Shown here in pieces: positions 41,756 through 52,295 of a stretch of 64,000 nucleotides of DNA. The DNA lies in assembly GCA_965262715.1 (NCBI GenBank), contig OZ253553.1, forward strand, positions 2,560,001-2,624,000, in the 5' to 3' direction. The notes beneath the pieces are model-generated. The model worked only from the letters and a program-made list of their open reading frames with translations, was not told the DNA's origin and did not search any database. The stretch comes from Bdellovibrionales bacterium. Lineage in GTDB: Bacteria; Bdellovibrionota; Bdellovibrionia; Bdellovibrionales; JAUICD01. Made by a program: the position numbers and the translations under genes. The stretch's first letter is position 1; every line of letters starts with the position of its first letter.

Positions 41756-42041
41756 AAAACAAACTCCTTTTTGTTGATTGTATTTTAGTTTTTTTTTGGA
41801 TTTAAAACATCTTGACTAGCTTTTAATGGAAAATTCTTATGATAAAAAATCAAGACTTGATGCTCTTTATTGTACATGTATTTTTTGAAAATCAAAATAA
41901 AAAAGATTTTTTATTTTTATCTTGTATCAATTTGAATCAATATTGAATATACTAAGAAATACTTAAAGTTAAGATATAACCTTTACATGTCTGAATGCAA
42001 AACAAAAACCCGCTATGCTCCCAGCTTTCTTTTTTTAGAAT

Positions 42042-42230
42042 CTATTTTTTAAGTTTTTGAAGTTGTTGGATTGAAAGATTTGTTATTTTGGCAATAAATT
42101 GCAGTTCCATATTTTGCTCTAACATCCGCAAAGCCACTTTTTCCATTCCTTTCTCTATTCCTTTCTCTATTCCTTTCTCTATTCCCTTTTCTATTCCTTC
42201 ATCAATCAATCGATCATAAGTGCTTTTCAT
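42042..42230 (-). CDS. Nested in-frame small ORF, RpnS-like antitoxin, 62 aa
   Basis: Internal AAGGAGGAG followed by CAAGCA-ATG starting MKSTYDRLIDEGIEKG. Confidence 0.7.
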   Translation of the reverse strand: MKSTYDRLIDEGIEKGIEKGIEKGIEKGMEKVALRMLEQNMELQFIAKITNLSIQQLQKLKK

Positions 42231-42989
42231 TGCTTGCTCCTCCTTACTTCTAATAATCTCATTTTCAATCTCTATAAATTCCTCTTTTGAGTAATTTGTA
42301 CCTTGAAGCATGTATCTTCCTAAAATGTCAGCATTCTCTTGATAGTTTGGGTCCTTACCATCTTGATAACACATCTCAAATATAGACTTGATCTTATCCC
42401 GTGTCATATTCCAAATGTGTTTGAATGCAAGACAAAAACTTGCTATATCTCCAGCCTTATCTTTAATATCTTCATCAGGTCTCTGATTTAAATCTACCAC
42501 ATTCAATCTAAAATTGAAACTCTCAGCACCAAAAACCTCTTTTAACCCCTTTGACCAACCAAAAGCCGATTGTAAATCAGAAGGAAGATTTAAGGGTTTT
42601 TTACCATGAACTAATAAAATAGTGGTGATAGGGTAAATATGACTTTCTAAAAGAGCTACATTGTACTTTAAAGCTTGTAGAAAAATCTTTCTCTGTGGCT
42701 CAATATGACTCTTATGCTCAACAATAACTGCGACTAAAAGATCTGTACCTATTTTTGCTTTTTTTAAATTCACTTTTGCAATAATATCTGCCCGACATTT
42801 TTGAATATCTCCACTGGACTGTTTTCTAAGAAGCTCTGTGTCAATAAACTCTATCTGATCTCCAGCAATGACATTAAATTTTTTAGGATCTAATGCAAAC
42901 TTTAAAAGCTGTCTAAAACGATCTTTATTCTTAAAAGCTAATTTAAATATCTTATCATGATCAATTTGAAAATCTGTATCCCTAGACAT
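42042..42989 (-). CDS. Rpn / YhgA-like PD-(D/E)XK nuclease (putative transposase family)
   Basis: HDKIFK, RADII, VEHKS, C-terminal (GIEK)n repeats and IAKITNLS. Confidence 0.9.
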   Translation of the reverse strand: MSRDTDFQIDHDKIFKLAFKNKDRFRQLLKFALDPKKFNVIAGDQIEFIDTELLRKQSSGDIQKCRADIIAKVNLKKAKIGTDLLVAVIVEHKSHIEPQRKIFLQALKYNVALLESHIYPITTILLVHGKKPLNLPSDLQSAFGWSKGLKEVFGAESFNFRLNVVDLNQRPDEDIKDKAGDIASFCLAFKHIWNMTRDKIKSIFEMCYQDGKDPNYQENADILGRYMLQGTNYSKEEFIEIENEIIRSKEEQAMKSTYDRLIDEGIEKGIEKGIEKGIEKGMEKVALRMLEQNMELQFIAKITNLSIQQLQKLKK

Positions 42990-43040
42990 AATATCCCTCT
43001 TTCTATGAATAAAAAATAAACTTCAGGTATAACTTTCAGT

Positions 43041-43056
43041 AGCAAAAGTAATGCCA
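43041..43056 (-). promoter_or_regulatory. sigma54-like promoter upstream of the rpn gene
   Basis: Minus strand TGGCATTACTTTTGCT, GG-N10-GC, about 50 bp before the ATG. Confidence 0.55.
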
Positions 43057-43059
43057 AAT

Positions 43060-43446
43060 TTTTATTGGCTAAAAAGTGGTTTTAAGAAGATTTAAGAGAA
43101 CTTAAGAGAATATTTGTCTTAATGGTTGGACACTAAAGCTTAAATCCCGGACATGAAAGCACGTTTTTTAGAGAAAGCATTTCTGTCCATAATAACAATG
43201 ATTCAATAAAATGAGAATATAAGATATTCTAATATGATGATATAATGAAGTTGGTTTTTATGAGTAAGAGTGTTATATTAAAATAAGGTCTTTGACAAAA
43301 AAATAGTTTTCAAACTTAGGAAAGCCTGTTTATTGCAAACCTTGGTTTTAATATTATTTGTAGGTATCATAATGGCAAAATTATTGATTTTAAAATTTAT
43401 TTTTGTTTGTTTATTTGGTGAAACCTACTTATTTTGGAGCTTATGT
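43060..43446 (+). promoter_or_regulatory. CRISPR leader
   Basis: AT-rich non-coding region 5' of the first repeat; degenerate repeats lie at the opposite end. Confidence 0.7.
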
Positions 43447-46400
43447 GTCTAAGAAGACTTATTAATTTCTACTATTGTAGATGAAACAAAGCGTTCTTTA
43501 TTTTACTCAAGTCTAAGAAGACTTATTAATTTCTACTATTGTAGATTGCATAACGGGGATTTAGTATTCATCTGTCTAAGAAGACTTATTAATTTCTACT
43601 ATTGTAGATATAGTCATTATCTCGCTCTGCAAATCCAGTCTAAGAAGACTTATTAATTTCTACTATTGTAGATCCACTGACACTTCTATACATTTTAAAG
43701 TCTAAGAAGACTTATTAATTTCTACTATTGTAGATAGACCTGAGACCACACCAGGCAAACAAAGAAGTCTAAGAAGACTTATTAATTTCTACTATTGTAG
43801 ATAGATTCAATCTATCATATCTACGCACGTCTAAGAAGACTTATTAATTTCTACTATTGTAGATCAATACGCTTTCTTTTCAGCGAGTCTCGTCTAAGAA
43901 GACTTATTAATTTCTACTATTGTAGATCTGAGTAAAAAGACTCATTAATAATAAATGTCTAAGAAGACTTATTAATTTCTACTATTGTAGATAGTTTAAC
44001 ATTTCATTCCCTTTGCCCTGTCTAAGAAGACTTATTAATTTCTACTATTGTAGATAAGAATAAGTTTTATTATTTCTTTTTCATGTCTAAGAAGACTTAT
44101 TAATTTCTACTATTGTAGATACTGATGATAACTCCAGCGATTCTTGGTCTAAGAAGACTTATTAATTTCTACTATTGTAGATGAACTCTAATTTTGAATG
44201 CTACAAGGGTCTAAGAAGACTTATTAATTTCTACTATTGTAGATAACCCCCTTGCGCTCTGCGCGCTGTTAAATCTAAGAAGACTTATTAATTTCTACTA
44301 TTGTAGATTGATATAAGTTTTGCGCCCTTCAGTTGTCTAAGAAGACTTATTAATTTCTACTATTGTAGATAGTGTTAGAACGACTGTAGCTTTATCTTGT
44401 CTAAGAAGACTTATTAATTTCTACTATTGTAGATTGACATTCCAGTTCAAAAGCGATGTCAAGGTCTAAGAAGACTTATTAATTTCTACTATTGTAGATT
44501 CATCTAATATTTCTTTTTCTGTTTTTGGTCTAAGAAGACTTATTAATTTCTACTATTGTAGATAATCATTTATTCCCCCTATCTGTGTCAGTCTAAGAAG
44601 ACTTATTAATTTCTACTATTGTAGATTGACATTCCAGTTCAAAAGCGATGTCAAGGTCTAAGAAGACTTATTAATTTCTACTATTGTAGATTCATCTAAT
44701 ATTTCTTTTTCTGTTTTTGGTCTAAGAAGACTTATTAATTTCTACTATTGTAGATAATCATTTATTCCCCCTATCTGTGTCAGTCTAAGAAGACTTATTA
44801 ATTTCTACTATTGTAGATTTTCAATGGTGTTGTTTGCAATTATGTCTAAGAAGACTTATTAATTTCTACTATTGTAGATTCACCGACTATCTCATGCATC
44901 TTTTCGAGTCTAAGAAGACTTATTAATTTCTACTATTGTAGATTTGATGAAGATGGAAATTTTCAGGGTAAGTCTAAGAAGACTTATTAATTTCTACTAT
45001 TGTAGATTTATCAGCACTAACTACCTGTGTAAATGTCTAAGAAGACTTATTAATTTCTACTATTGTAGATACTCTGTCTTTTAGGTTTTTAACTTTGTCT
45101 AAGAAGACTTATTAATTTCTACTATTGTAGATTTAGAAACCTCAAATAATTCCCAATAAGTCTAAGAAGACTTATTAATTTCTACTATTGTAGATCTTGA
45201 ATGACAGAGGGATGTGTATAAGTCTAAGAAGACTTATTAATTTCTACTATTGTAGATTGAAGCTGGATAAACTCCATCAATTTTGTCTAAGAAGACTTAT
45301 TAATTTCTACTATTGTAGATAATATCTTTATTTGCTCTTTTTCTGTAGTCTAAGAAGACTTATTAATTTCTACTATTGTAGATCCATCTAACAAATCTTC
45401 CCTAGTTTTCTGTGTCTAAGAAGACTTATTAATTTCTACTATTGTAGATATAGCACACATATTATGTAGATGACTAGTGTCTAAGAAGACTTATTAATTT
45501 CTACTATTGTAGATGGAAAAAAGATACAGATCTATTTGTCTGTCTAAGAAGACTTATTAATTTCTACTATTGTAGATGAAATGTTAGCGGTGTATTTTTA
45601 TCAAGTCTAAGAAGACTTATTAATTTCTACTATTGTAGATTGATACGGGTATTCTTCCAATCTTCGGGTCTAAGAAGACTTATTAATTTCTACTATTGTA
45701 GATAAGCATCACGGAAAGACTTCTTGAGGTCTAAGAAGACTTATTAATTTCTACTATTGTAGATCTAATCATGTTGGTACGATTCTGAATTGGTCTAAGA
45801 AGACTTATTAATTTCTACTATTGTAGATATATAACAATACTACAAATCCAGCAGGTCTAAGAAGACTTATTAATTTCTACTATTGTAGATTAATCATATT
45901 ATCCTCCTTTTATTACGTCTAAGAAGACTTATTAATTTCTACTATTGTAGATATGTTAGTGCATTTCAGTCAGATTTTGTCTAAGAAGACTTATTAATTT
46001 CTACTATTGTAGATACATCGTTAAACATTGTTTTTAAAAAAGTCTAAGAAGACTTATTAATTTCTACTATTGTAGATAATAATAAAAGGTCTCTCACTTC
46101 ACAGGTCTAAGAAGACTTATTAATTTCTACTATTGTAGATGGTCTAGGAACACTGGAAGGTTTTGTGGGTCTAAGAAGACTTATTAATTTCTACTATTGT
46201 AGATGTAAGAAGCTCTTGCACTGGTTTTAGGTCTAAGAAGACTTATTAATTTCTACTATTGTAGATTTATGCTAGGACATGATATTTATAAGGTCTAAGA
46301 AGACTTATTAATTTCTACTATTGTAGATCATTTGTAGGTTTCGAATTTGTCTATTGGTCTAAGAAGACTTATTAATTTCTACTATTGTAGATATGTGCTA

Positions 46401-47205
46401 TCGCTTGTCTCAGGGCTTGGTGTCTAAGAAGACTTATTAATTTCTACTATTGTAGATCTGAACAACTATGGTCAGCCAGATTACAGTCTAAGAAGACTTA
46501 TTAATTTCTACTATTGTAGATGCGAGCGTGAGGTCCCCAGTAGCGGTTAGTCTAAGAAGACTTATTAATTTCTACTATTGTAGATAACTCAATATCCGCT
46601 GCTTTAACATGTGTCTAAGAAGACTTATTAATTTCTACTATTGTAGATTTAGGGATGTCTCACGATAACCCTAAAGTCTAAGAAGACTTATTAATTTCTA
46701 CTATTGTAGATCTAAAGGGGGGGTTCGAATCCCTCCCCAGTCTAAGAAGACTTATTAATTTCTACTATTGTAGATCATAAAGAGATTTCCACAGACGACA
46801 AGTCTAAGAAGACTTATTAATTTCTACTATTGTAGATTACCTAGAAGTCTGTTTACTTGAGCAGTCTAAGAAGACTTATTAATTTCTACTATTGTAGATA
46901 ATTGTTACTTGTCCTATATCATGTGGTGTCTAAGAAGACTTATTAATTTCTACTATTGTAGATACGTGTCTAACACGACCGTCAGACTCAGTCTAAGAAG
47001 ACTTATTAATTTCTACTATTGTAGATACCAATAATAAGTTTTACTTACATCTGGTCTAAGAAGACTTATTAATTTCTACTATTGTAGATACCAATAATAA
47101 GTTTTACTTACATCTGGTCTAAGAAGACTTATTAATTTCTACTATTGTAGATGTAAAAATTGACCTTTCGCTTGATCTGTATGTCTAAGAAGACTTATTA
47201 ATTTC
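43447..47205 (+). CRISPR. Type V-A array: 59 complete repeats GTCTAAGAAGACTTATTAATTTCTACTATTGTAGAT plus a truncated 60th; spacers about 25-31 bp
   Basis: Counted by eye; canonical Cas12a handle AATTTCTACT-ATT-GTAGAT; repeat 14 (~44273) begins with A instead of G. Confidence 0.98.
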
Positions 47206-48435
47206 GATCTTTCACTCAAAATGCCTCTTGCTTCTAGCAACTTTCTGGCAGTAAGCTCGACGACTCTCGTCGTCGTAAAAAGCTTACTGCCTAGAAAGCT
47301 TGAGGCATTTTTACTAAGGAGGACTTCCTCATTCCTTAACACTATGTTAAGGAAATCGTTGTTATTTACCATAGTCAGCCTAATGGTTCACACCATCAGT
47401 AAAATGGTCATTGCCTAGAAAATCTGTTCCTTTTGAGTAAGAAGATAGCCTTTGCTTTTTACATCATGTTAAGGAACCAGGTTTTCTAACAAGCACTCAA
47501 ATCTTCATAGTAGGTTAAGGTTTAGCTTTATAGTAAGAAAATGACTTTTTGCTTCTATTATCGTACATATAACTATTGTCATATATATCTCAGTGTCTAA
47601 GAAGACTTATTAATTTCGATCTTTCACTCAAAATGCCTCTTGCTTCTAGCAACTTTCTGGCAGTAAGCTCGACGACTCTCGTCGTCGTAAAAAGCTTACT
47701 GCCTAGAAAGCTTGAGGCATTTTTACTAAGGAGGACTTCCTCATTCCTTAACACTATGTTAAGGAAATCGTTGTTATTTACCATAGTCAGCCTGATGGTT
47801 CACACCATCAGTAAAATGGTCATTGCCTAGAAAGTTTGTTCCTTTTGAGTAAGAACATATTCTTTGCCTTTAACATCATGTTAAGGAATCAATTTTCTAA
47901 TTAATTTCTACTATTGTAGATTAGAGCTTCGCCAGTTATGGGGTTAAAGTCTAAGAAGACTTATTAATTTCGATCTTTCACTCAAAATGCCTCTTGCTTC
48001 TAGCAACTTTCTGGCAGTAAGCTCGACGACTCTCGTCGTCGTAAAAAGCTTACTGCCTAGAAAGCTTGAGGCATTTTTACTAAGGAGGACTTCCTCATTC
48101 CTTAACACTATGTTAAGGAAATCGTTGTTATTTACCATAGTCAGCCTGATGGTTCACACCATCAGTAAAATGGTCATTGCCTAGAAAGTTTGTTCCTTTT
48201 GAGTAAGAAGATAGTCTTTGCTTTTTACATCATGTTAAGGAATCAAGTTTTCTAACAAGCACTCAAATCTTCGCAGTAGGTTAAGGTTTAGCTTTATAGT
48301 AAGAAAATGACTTTTTGCTTCTATTATCGTATATATAAATATTGTCATATATATCTCAACGTCTAAGAAGACTTATCAATTTCGATCTTTCACTCAAAAT
48401 GCCTCTTGCTTCTAGCAACTTTCTGGCAGTAAGCT
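47183..48435 (+). mobile_element. Array trailer: four repeats interrupted at base 23 by a family A composite element
   Basis: Repeat 5' halves at 47183, 47595, 47949 and 48361, each followed by GATCTTTCACTCAAAATG; 3' half resumes at 47900-47921 with duplicated ATTAATTTC. Confidence 0.9.
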
Positions 48436-48610
48436 AAGGTTTAGTCTTATATCTGTTGCTGTTGCTATTTCGTAACTTCAAATCGTAAGTGCAACTCTTT
48501 TGTGTTTATAGATATTTTTAAAAGTTGTATCATTTTAGGATTAATATTCCAACAAAGTTTTAATTATCATAAAAGATTATTGAAATTTATTTTATTTGAA
48601 TGGATGTATT

Positions 48611-48686
48611 TTGATGTTTATGGCAAAGTCTCGTAGTCCTCGAGCTATCGCTCTGCGGAAGAACGATTCTTTGCCATAAACATCAA
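48611..48686 (+). repeat. Structured motif, family B
   Basis: TTGATGTTTATGGCAAAG...AGTCCTCGAG...CTGCGGAAGA...CTTTGCCATAAACATCAA. Confidence 0.7.
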
Positions 48687-48760
48687 GCTGTCAAATGAGA
48701 TATTCATTAGCAGAAGTTATTATATATAAGTGACATTAAATGGATAAACTATGAATGACT

Positions 48761-49713
48761 TCAGCAAACCATCTTCTGCCTATGAAACTCATTAGGACTT
48801 AGAAATCCTAAACTCTTTCGAGGACGATGGTTTAAAAGAACTTCAACTCTTTTTACATCCTTTTGAGTGATCTTTCTGAAGTCTGTCTTCTTTGGAAAAT
48901 ACTGACGGATTAAACCATTTGTGTTCTCATTTAAACCTCGCTCATAAGAACTGTAAGGATGTGCAAAATAAACTTTACATCCGGTATATTCACTGATCTG
49001 CTCATGACACGAAAACTCTTTACCATTGTCTAATGTGATCGTATGAACAATCTCTCCTTTAAGAGCTTTAGAAATAGAAAAACAGCTTCAGATCTCTTAG
49101 ATCCTATTTTGAAGATCCTCGTCTTCTTAGAGCATCTATCTACAAGAGTCACTAAAGCTCCCTTGTGATTTCCTTCTATCATCAGATCACCTTCTATATC
49201 TCCTATCCGTATCTTCTTATCTACTATCTGAGGCCTCTTATCAATACTCACTCTATTCTGTATCTGACCCCTTTTATCAAATCTACTTGTACCATATCGC
49301 TTCTTCCGTTTTTTCTGACATCTTAAAAATTTGTAGAGAGAACCTCCTACTTTCTTATCCTTTAGAATATGCTGGTAAATACTCTCGTGACTTACAAATA
49401 AACCTCTTTCACGAAGATAACCACAAATCTGTTCCGGACTCCAATAACAACAACGAAGAAACTTCTCAATCCTACGAATAACTTTCTGTGTTATCTTTAT
49501 ATGTCTATGAGAATTCTTCAGACGATAAGAGGCTTTTTCATGGGCTTGGTGAGCGCGATATCCACGCAAACCTCTATTACGATTCATTTCCCTATATAAC
49601 GTGCTTTTATCTCGACCTAACTGCTTTGCAATTGAACTTATTGATTTTCCACTTCTCAAAAGTGCTGAAACCTGATACCTTTCAACTTAGGTTAGATGAG
49701 TGTACTTGCTCAT
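48761..49713 (-). pseudogene. IS30 family transposase pseudogene
   Basis: MSKYTHLT* (early stop), WSPEQI, EGDL, frameshift near 49080, then TLDNGKEF, YFAHPYSSYERGLNENTNGLIRQYFPK, LNHRPRKSLG. Confidence 0.92.
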
Positions 49714-49984
49714 GGAATACTCCTTTCATTATTTAAAGCGTATGGACTAGAGTATTCCTCTAACCCACTTTAAACAACTAGGCAAGGAGTTGCACTTACA
49801 GCTTGAATCCACCAAATCTAAAATCCTTAATCAAATGAAAACTCCGGCTTCCATGATAACCTAAATAATTTAATCTCAAAAATATAAAAAATACTCACCA
49901 ATATCTCTCTAGCTAAATCCTTCTGCAACAAAGCCTTTAAAAGAAATAAAAAATCATCTTATATCTTTAAAAAGTAAAGGATTT

Positions 49985-50629
49985 ATGTTATCAAGAAGAG
50001 AAGGCTCAACAAGTATAGGGCATACTCTAGAACAGGAACTTGGGTTAACTGAAAATAATTTAGCTATTCCCGATATAAGTGGTCGTGTAGAATTAAAGGC
50101 AACTCGAAAAAATTCAAGTTCACTGATAACATTATTTGCTTTTAATAAAGCCGTTTGGAGAATTCACCCAAAAGAGGTTATTGAGAAATATGGTTATATT
50201 GATGAAAAAAGTCGTCAAGCTCTACAGTCAAGAGTCTCCTGTTCTCGTTACAATTCACGGAATTTAAAAATTGAGTTAGATAAAATAGATCATAAAGTTC
50301 ACCTGTATTCTAATACAGAAGATTTGCTTGCAACATGGAATATTTATACAATAGTAGGAAAATTTATCTCTAAATTCGAAAAATTATTGATTGTTTTCGC
50401 AGATACTCGACGTGTTCATGGTAAAGAAAGTTTTTTATTTAATGAAGCATATCTTCTTAAAGAGCCACTTCCTGAATGCTTTCTAAGAGCTTTTGAAAAT
50501 TCTCAAATTGTGATTGAGCTGCGCATGTATTTAAAAAACACAGGTAGTGTAAGGAATCATGGAACTGCATTTCGTATTAAAGAAAGCGATATAATTCATT
50601 TATATAAAGATAAACAACAAATTTTGTGA
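49985..50629 (+). CDS. MvaI/BcnI family restriction endonuclease-like protein
   Basis: IGHTLEQELGLTENN..PD..ELKA, SLITLF, RNHGTAFRI. Confidence 0.85.
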   Translation: MLSRREGSTSIGHTLEQELGLTENNLAIPDISGRVELKATRKNSSSLITLFAFNKAVWRIHPKEVIEKYGYIDEKSRQALQSRVSCSRYNSRNLKIELDKIDHKVHLYSNTEDLLATWNIYTIVGKFISKFEKLLIVFADTRRVHGKESFLFNEAYLLKEPLPECFLRAFENSQIVIELRMYLKNTGSVRNHGTAFRIKESDIIHLYKDKQQIL

Positions 50630-50876
50630 CCACTCCTCCAGCACATAATAAAATAAAGAAGTCTATCATAGCTTTATATACAAGCTAGAAGTTTATGTTA
50701 TAAAACCTTGTTTGCCAGACTCCCAGATAAAGTGTAACCTATGTCTCCAGAATGGACCCAGCTGCCTGAAACGGATTGCCTTGTCTGCCCGATTGCCAGA
50801 TCCTAGAATATATATTGTAGATGCGATATCTGTTGGGACCACTCTATTTAAATTAATATTTATGCAATAGGTTAGG

Positions 50877-52295
50877 TTATTGAGGGTTGTCATAAAGGAA
50901 GGTGGGATATTGCTTATCAAAGCAAGCTGCGCAGTAAGTGTCTTTATCATCCTTAACAGCAGCAAATAAATCTTCCATTGATAAATATGCTAGCGAGTCT
51001 GCTCCAATACTTTGTCTGACCTCTTCTAGAGTCAAAGTGTTCATAATGAGTTTTTCTGCTTTTGGAGTATCTACACCATAAAAACAGGATCCTCTTGTTG
51101 GAGGCGCAGCTATACGGAAATGAATCTTTTCAGCACCAGCTTTTCTCAAAATTTGAACAACCTTCTTACTAGTAGTTCCTCTCACTAAAGAATCATCTAC
51201 AACAATGATCTGCTTTCCTTTTAAAAAAGCGGATAAAGGATTAAGCTTTATTTTTACACCAAAATTTCTCATACTTTGTGTTGGTTCAATAAACGTGCGA
51301 CCTACATAGTGACTTCTAATGATTCCAAGTTCAAAAGGAATTTTTGAAGTCTCACTGTATCCAATAGCTGCAGGTATGCCGCTGTCAGGTACAGGCATTA
51401 CCATATCTGCTTTGATAGATTCTTTTTTTGCTAATAGAGAGCCAAGAGTTTTTCGAACTTTGTATACACTCTCACCAAAAATAAAACTATCTGGTCTTGA
51501 AAAATAAACATGTTCAAATATACATTTTGATTTCTTTGAACTTTTTTTACTAGGGAGAGGTATACTTTTAGCAAAAGAATCAGAATGTTCTCCTGACTGA
51601 TCTCTCCAAAAAATCTCTCCTGGTTCAATCTCTCTTACATAATCTGCTTCAATTAAATCTAAGGCACAAGACTCAGAGGCAATAACTGTTGTTTTTTGGT
51701 CCTTTTTACCTAATATAAGAGGACGGAACCCGTGAGTGTCTCTTATCACAATCAAACTCCTATCAGTTAAGATAAGTAAACTGAATGCACCATCTAGTTG
51801 ACTTAAAACAGTTTTTAACCCTTCTAAGAAAGGCACCTCTGACTGCTTTGCTAAAAGATGTAAAATCACTTCTGTGTCATTAGTGCCATGAAAAAGAGTG
51901 CCTGTACTAGATAACTGCTTTCTAATCTCAGTAGTATTCACAATATTACCATTATGAGCAATAGAGATTTGCCCTTTTCTCCATTGAGTGGTAAGAGGTT
52001 GAATATTATTCATAGAATTGCGGCCTGTGATAGAATATCTGACATGTCCTATAGCAGCAGCTCCTTTTAAACGGTCTAACTCTTTTTGTTTAAAAGCATC
52101 AGCTACTAAACCTAAACGTCGACTTTGGATTTGTAGTTTTTTCTGATAATCTAAGCTAACGATACCACACGCTTCTTGTCCTCTATGTTGTAGAGCATAA
52201 AGGCCTAAATAAGTCCACTTACTAGCTTCATTATCTCCCCAAATTCCAAAAATGCCACATTCGTCCTTAAAACCCAAAACTCTTCTCCTTTTCAT
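50877..52295 (-). CDS. purF: Amidophosphoribosyltransferase
   Basis: ECGIFG, LQHRGQE, AHNGN, VVDDSLVRGTT. Confidence 0.97.
   Translation of the reverse strand: MKRRRVLGFKDECGIFGIWGDNEASKWTYLGLYALQHRGQEACGIVSLDYQKKLQIQSRRLGLVADAFKQKELDRLKGAAAIGHVRYSITGRNSMNNIQPLTTQWRKGQISIAHNGNIVNTTEIRKQLSSTGTLFHGTNDTEVILHLLAKQSEVPFLEGLKTVLSQLDGAFSLLILTDRSLIVIRDTHGFRPLILGKKDQKTTVIASESCALDLIEADYVREIEPGEIFWRDQSGEHSDSFAKSIPLPSKKSSKKSKCIFEHVYFSRPDSFIFGESVYKVRKTLGSLLAKKESIKADMVMPVPDSGIPAAIGYSETSKIPFELGIIRSHYVGRTFIEPTQSMRNFGVKIKLNPLSAFLKGKQIIVVDDSLVRGTTSKKVVQILRKAGAEKIHFRIAAPPTRGSCFYGVDTPKAEKLIMNTLTLEEVRQSIGADSLAYLSMEDLFAAVKDDKDTYCAACFDKQYPTFLYDNPQ

Larger units (their letters stand above)
48472..49812 (-). mobile_element. 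Decayed IS30 family element
   Basis: Imperfect inverted ends TTCAAATCGTAAGTGCAACTC (~48477) and GAGTTGCACTTACAGCTTGAA (~49788) around an IS30 transposase. Confidence 0.8.

Noticed and set aside
43372..43388. sigma54-like box TGGCAAAATTATTGA in the CRISPR leader
   Set aside because: The -12 element is GA rather than GC; too weak in AT-rich sequence.
46712..46739. tRNA gene call
   Set aside because: Only a 28-nt T-arm-like piece between two repeats; no full tRNA or rRNA gene was seen in the window.
47142..48184. Six short ORFs on both strands in the array trailer
   Set aside because: They are translations of the repeated family A insert and CRISPR repeat halves; no protein features.
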